From positions 7,360,001-7,424,000 of the forward strand of contig OY759599.1 of the NCBI GenBank assembly GCA_963662465.1: 64,000 bases of DNA, read 5' to 3'. This document shows positions 60,009-64,000 of the stretch, one piece after another. How positions within the stretch are numbered: position 1 is the stretch's first letter; the number at the start of each line of letters is the position of its first letter. The translations under genes and the position numbers were made by a program. The notes under the pieces are model-generated. The model was not told the DNA's origin. It searched no databases and was given only the letters and a program-made list of their open reading frames with translations. This DNA comes from Desulfatiglandales bacterium (GTDB lineage Bacteria > Desulfobacterota > DSM-4660 > Desulfatiglandales > Desulfatiglandaceae).

Positions 60009-60706
60009 TATTTACCTCCCGCGGCAATGGGTTGAGGTTGCGTCTTCTCCACGAACTGCCAGGCGCTGTTGAACATCCGTTTCATTTGTTCATGGTTAAA
60101 CGTCTGTCGGGCAAATTTCGCCAGATCACAGTGATCCAGAAATTCCCGCAGCGGTTGGTTGTGAAGATTCAATTCACCGGCGGGTTCCGCCGCCACCTGG
60201 GTGATGAATTCATGGGTCGTTTTTCGTGTGACCTTCATCCCGAACCGGTTTTCAATATAGGTTCGGATGGTTCTTGACACGACCACTGAAAACTTTTCCG
60301 CCATTTCCGGCTGCATCAGGGCTTTGGCCTTTTCCAGTTCTTCGAAGGCGATTTCAAAGGCCTGTTTTGTGCGCAATGATTGTCGTTTGTGGAACCATTT
60401 CCAGATGGCCCACGCCAGGAGGATCAATAGGATTCCCCCCAGGGCGTAAAAGAACCAGAGATGCGGGTCCGGAATATGGATGGGACCGCGAATGTCCCGG
60501 ATATCTCCTTTAGGCCCCGTTTCAAGGGAAAGGGGACAGGATGACGGCGGCATGGGGGCTGAAACGGCGTTCCCTATTGTCGGTTGGGGGGTTGGCTGAG
60601 GCGTCGGATTCTGGGTTGCGGCCAAGCTTTCGGTCAAGAGAAACAATGCCGCCAGGAGCGGGATCAGCCATAGTAATTTTTGGGTGAGGGTCGTGGGTCT
60701 CATCAA
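60008..60706 (-). CDS. DUF4381-like membrane protein of the bat operon
   Basis: 'DIRDI', single TM, 'RTYIENRF..TTHEF','CDLAKFA'. Confidence 0.8.
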   Translation of the reverse strand: MMRPTTLTQKLLWLIPLLAALFLLTESLAATQNPTPQPTPQPTIGNAVSAPMPPSSCPLSLETGPKGDIRDIRGPIHIPDPHLWFFYALGGILLILLAWAIWKWFHKRQSLRTKQAFEIAFEELEKAKALMQPEMAEKFSVVVSRTIRTYIENRFGMKVTRKTTHEFITQVAAEPAGELNLHNQPLREFLDHCDLAKFARQTFNHEQMKRMFNSAWQFVEKTQPQPIAAGGK

Positions 60707-61614
60707 TGACTTCTCCTTTCTCGGGAACTGAAAAACCGGAGCAAATCCGCTATATAGGATCGTTCCGTGGAAAGTTCCAGCATATCCACCCCTACTGAAC
60801 GGATGGCATGTCGCAATTTGTTCTGACGACTTTCAGCCAGATCTTTGAATCGGGTTCTGATTTCAGGCCGGGACGTGTCCAGTTCCACCTGTTCTCCGGT
60901 TTCCGAATCCTCGATGGTCAAAAGGCCGATATTCGGGAGTTCCCGTTCCCGTTGGTCTGTGACTGAAACGGCCACAAGGTCATGGCGGCGTGCGGTAATC
61001 CGGAGTTTGGGGCGAAGATCGTTTAAGGAGCCGTCAAAATCTCTGGGCAGGCAAAAGTCCGAGATGAGGAAGGCCACGGCCCGGCGTTTGATCACCTGGT
61101 TGGTGAAATCCATGGCCGCCGCCAGATTGGTGCCGGTTCCCTCTGGCTGAAAGAACAGAATTTCCCGAATGACCCTCAGAATATGGGAACGGCTTTTGCC
61201 CGGGGGAATATAGAGCTCGGCATTGTCCGTAAAGAGTACCAGCCCTACCTTGTCGTTGTTGCGCATGGCTGAAAAGGCCAGAACGCTCCCGATCTCGGCC
61301 ATCATTTCCCGTTTGCTCTGGGAGGCGGAGCCGAATTCACCGGAAGCGCTCACATCGATCATGAGCATGATGGTCAACTCCCGCTCCTCGGTGAATTTCT
61401 TGATGTAGGTCCGACCGGTACGGGCCGTTACGTTCCAGTCAATGCTCCTCACGTCGTCCCCCGGGACATACTCCCGCACCTCATCGAAGTCCATGCCCCG
61501 CCCCTTGAAAACCGAGTGGTAGTGACCTGCCAGGGTGTCGTCCACCAGACGGTTGGTTTTGATCTCCACCTGCCTGACTTTTTGAAGAATTTCCTTGCTG
61601 ATGTGGGTATCCAT
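60703..61614 (-). CDS. DUF58 protein
   Basis: 'YHSVFKGRGMDFDEVREYVPGDDVRSIDWNVTAR','EEREL','ISDF'. Confidence 0.95.
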   Translation of the reverse strand: MDTHISKEILQKVRQVEIKTNRLVDDTLAGHYHSVFKGRGMDFDEVREYVPGDDVRSIDWNVTARTGRTYIKKFTEERELTIMLMIDVSASGEFGSASQSKREMMAEIGSVLAFSAMRNNDKVGLVLFTDNAELYIPPGKSRSHILRVIREILFFQPEGTGTNLAAAMDFTNQVIKRRAVAFLISDFCLPRDFDGSLNDLRPKLRITARRHDLVAVSVTDQRERELPNIGLLTIEDSETGEQVELDTSRPEIRTRFKDLAESRQNKLRHAIRSVGVDMLELSTERSYIADLLRFFSSRERRSH

Positions 61615-61626
61615 GGTATTTTCCTT

Positions 61627-61661
61627 TGTCACTCTTCACTCTTCACGCTTCACGCTTCACT
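61627..61661. repeat. Heptamer tandem repeat (cttcac[t/g]) x5
   Basis: tgtcact cttcact cttcacg cttcacg cttcact between moxR and DUF58. Confidence 0.85.
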
Positions 61662-61664
61662 TTA

Positions 61665-62795
61665 TTAAGGCACCGGAATGGTTTCCAGAATTTTGGTGAC
61701 CATGTCCTCGCTGGTGAGGGATTCCGCCTCCGCCTCGTAGGTGATATTGACCCGGTGTCTCAGCACATCCATGGCAATGGATTTTACGTCTTCCGGGGTC
61801 ACGTATCCGCGTCCTTGAAGGAACGCCAGGGATTTGGCGGCGGTCTTCAGGTTGATGGTGGCGCGGGGAGACGCCCCGTATTGAATGTAGGGTTTCAGGT
61901 CGAGACCGTAGCTTTCGGGTTCCCTTGTGGCGTAGACCAGGCTTACGATATAGTCTTTGACTTTGTCATCCATGTAGATGGTGTTGACCACCTGTCTCGA
62001 TTTTATGATATCTTCCTCCCGAACCACGGGATTGACCTTGAGAGAGGGCTCTGTGGCATCAACCGCGTCTAAAATGATCCGTTCCTCGGAAACCGAGGGG
62101 TAGGAGATCACGACCTTGAGCATGAACCGGTCCACCTGGGCTTCCGGCAGGGGATAGGTGCCTTCCTGTTCGATGGGGTTCTGGGTGGCCATCACCATAA
62201 AGGGATCGGGCAGGCTGTAGGTCTGTTCACCGATGGTGACCTGGCGTTCCTGCATGGCTTGCAGCAAGGCGCTTTGGACCTTTGCCGGGGCCCGGTTGAT
62301 TTCGTCGGCCAGGATCAGGTTGGAAAAAACAGGGCCCTGCTTTACCACGAAAGAGACATCCCTGGGATTATAGATCTCCGTGCCGATGATATCCGCCGGC
62401 AACATGTCCGGGGTAAACTGGATGCGTCTGAAACCTGTTTGGATGGCCGATGCCAGGGTGTTGAGGGTGAGGGTTTTGGCCAGGCCCGGAACCCCTTCCA
62501 GAAGGATGTGGCTGTTTGAAAGAATGCCCACCAGCAGCCGCTCGATCAGAACCTTTTGTCCAACGATCACCCGACTGATTTCATTTTCCAGGGGTCGTAC
62601 CCAGGCGGATGCCCGTTGCACCGACTCGTTAATGGTCTGGATGCTGGTAAACTGGGGTCCCGTGGGCCTGGGGTTGGCATTTGCGGCGTTTGAGGGGAAA
62701 TGAAAATCCTCCGTGGGTCTCTGCCTTCTTTGTTCTCCTGCTTGAATGTTCATGATCCCTCCATTTTTTTCATTTACAAATAAATGGTCGGCCAT
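61665..62795 (-). CDS. moxR: MoxR-family AAA+ ATPase
   Basis: 'LEGVPGLAKT','RIQFTPD','DEINRAPAKVQSALL','ATQNPIEQEGTYPLPEAQVDRF'; start may be 62753. Confidence 0.95.
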   Translation of the reverse strand: MADHLFVNEKNGGIMNIQAGEQRRQRPTEDFHFPSNAANANPRPTGPQFTSIQTINESVQRASAWVRPLENEISRVIVGQKVLIERLLVGILSNSHILLEGVPGLAKTLTLNTLASAIQTGFRRIQFTPDMLPADIIGTEIYNPRDVSFVVKQGPVFSNLILADEINRAPAKVQSALLQAMQERQVTIGEQTYSLPDPFMVMATQNPIEQEGTYPLPEAQVDRFMLKVVISYPSVSEERIILDAVDATEPSLKVNPVVREEDIIKSRQVVNTIYMDDKVKDYIVSLVYATREPESYGLDLKPYIQYGASPRATINLKTAAKSLAFLQGRGYVTPEDVKSIAMDVLRHRVNITYEAEAESLTSEDMVTKILETIPVP

Positions 62796-62906
62796 TTAGT
62801 TTTGCCGGCCGAAGTTCGATGTCAAGATAAACCCCCAGCCTTACCGTATTCTTTCCTGAAGATTACAGGTTGGTAATGATTGGGTTTATTTCGTACACAA
62901 ACCTCC

Positions 62907-62936
62907 TTGACACCTTTTCCGGATCAGGGAGATAAT
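62907..62936 (+). promoter_or_regulatory. Possible sigma-70 promoter for the Cys-rich membrane protein gene
   Basis: TTGACA-18 nt-GATAAT. Confidence 0.4.
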
Positions 62937-63012
62937 AAGCGAAGGTGGTTCATATCAACTTGCAGTGCCTGGGTTATGCCTTTTGCGGGGGATAATCCGT
63001 AAGGATCAGGTT

Positions 63013-63282
63013 ATGGATGCAATCGTTGTTGTTTTGATCGTGAGTGTGGCGGCCGGCTATCTGGTGTGGCGGTACGTCAAAAAAGCCAGGACCGGTGGCG
63101 GGTGCGCGTGTGAAAACATGGAATGCCCGCTGAACGGAGGTCAGGGGTCGGAGGTCGGAGGAGGTCGGAGGTCCGCGTTTTGTCCTCCCTCCGGAGGTTC
63201 AGGACAGATCGAGAAGTGTGATGGTGTGGTTTGCGAGGGCAAAAAGTGTAACGGCAATCCTTTTCAGGAGGAGCATGGATGA
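63013..63282 (+). CDS. FeoB-associated-type Cys-rich small membrane protein
   Basis: MDAIVVVLIVSVAAGYLVWRYVKK + GGGCAC..CP. Confidence 0.65.
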   Translation: MDAIVVVLIVSVAAGYLVWRYVKKARTGGGCACENMECPLNGGQGSEVGGGRRSAFCPPSGGSGQIEKCDGVVCEGKKCNGNPFQEEHG

Positions 63283-63543
63283 AGTAATCCATGAATACTC
63301 TGATTCTCTTGTTTGAAATAAAGATCATATAGATATGATTTGTAAGAGCGGCATCAATGTAGTATGAAATGGTCAATGTTCAATTCCAGAGGAGAATCAT
63401 AGAGACCATCAATTATGGGTTGAAAAATTTGCCGGAAACGTGGTATTCGGAACTTTGGTCTGGAAATTTCTTGAACGGTAAACGCCTCAGTCATATATTT
63501 TAGGGGATTTTTTTTCAAAGATGAGATTTTTGAGGCATCAACC

Positions 63544-64000
63544 ATGAAAAAACGGTTAGAGTTTACAGAGCTTTCAATTGTAATCGTTGCGGAAAACCAC
63601 AATCCGACGATTCTGAATCCGGATTTCCTGAAGTTTAATGGCATAGTTCCGAAAGAATGGGTTGTTAGCAAGCCGCCGTTGTGCGCCTATCCCGTTTCCC
63701 AGGTGGAATATCAGAATGGTATGCGAATTACAGCGGAGCTTAACAAACTGATATTTTTTACACCGGAATTCGTCAATAATCATTTTGACATGAATATATC
63801 CGATGTCGCCAAAAGGTATGTCGAACGCTCCACGCTCATGTGAATTACAAAGCCGTTGGCATAAATCCAAGAGGGCATCTCAAATTTGATGACAGGGAAG
63901 CACTAACCCGTTATTTTGTGAGCAATCTGTTAAATAAGGGGGCCTGGGCCGACTTCTGCGGCGGAGTACGTTCAGTATCCATAAAGCTCAGGTACGAATT
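63544..64000 (+). pseudogene. Conserved-looking hypothetical protein interrupted by a frameshift near 63830; runs off the window
   Basis: 'SIVIVAENHNPTILNPDFLK..GIVP.EW' stops at 63843, but another frame continues 'HVNYKAVGINPRGH..' open to the end. Confidence 0.6.

Overview
The window is bacterial; gene content (sigma-54 two-component pair, LDH-like mdh, bat operon, heptamer intergenic repeats) suggests a Desulfobacterota/deltaproteobacterium, which is an inference. Positions ~1-36.3 kb form an AT-richer cell-surface glycan locus. It holds an O-antigen-ligase-like protein, Wzm/Wzt, a coiled-coil methyltransferase, about ten GT2/GT4/GT9 enzymes, two more GT-C-like membrane proteins, a CDP-6-deoxyhexose pathway, a Wzx flippase and tailoring enzymes. 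Three secreted proteins of the form signal peptide + variable domain + FN3-like linker + Cys-containing C-terminal cap are embedded in it, and two of them share the same cap. Two transposase remnants mark the right border. The GC-richer remainder encodes wecB, an AAA/DUF4143 ATPase, a 146-bp MITE with REP-like hairpins, a kinase/sigma-54 regulator/L,D-transpeptidase-like operon, NUDIX, an AsmA-like protein, an RHH-MazF toxin-antitoxin pair, an AccA-AccD fusion, mdh, and a moxR-bat operon ending in degP/degQ. The best candidate for an undescribed system is the surface-protein cap module co-located with GT-C enzymes that carry repeated 'DxRxLG' periplasmic modules. No rRNA, tRNA or CRISPR array was seen. 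Family assignments come from motif recognition by eye, not database searches.
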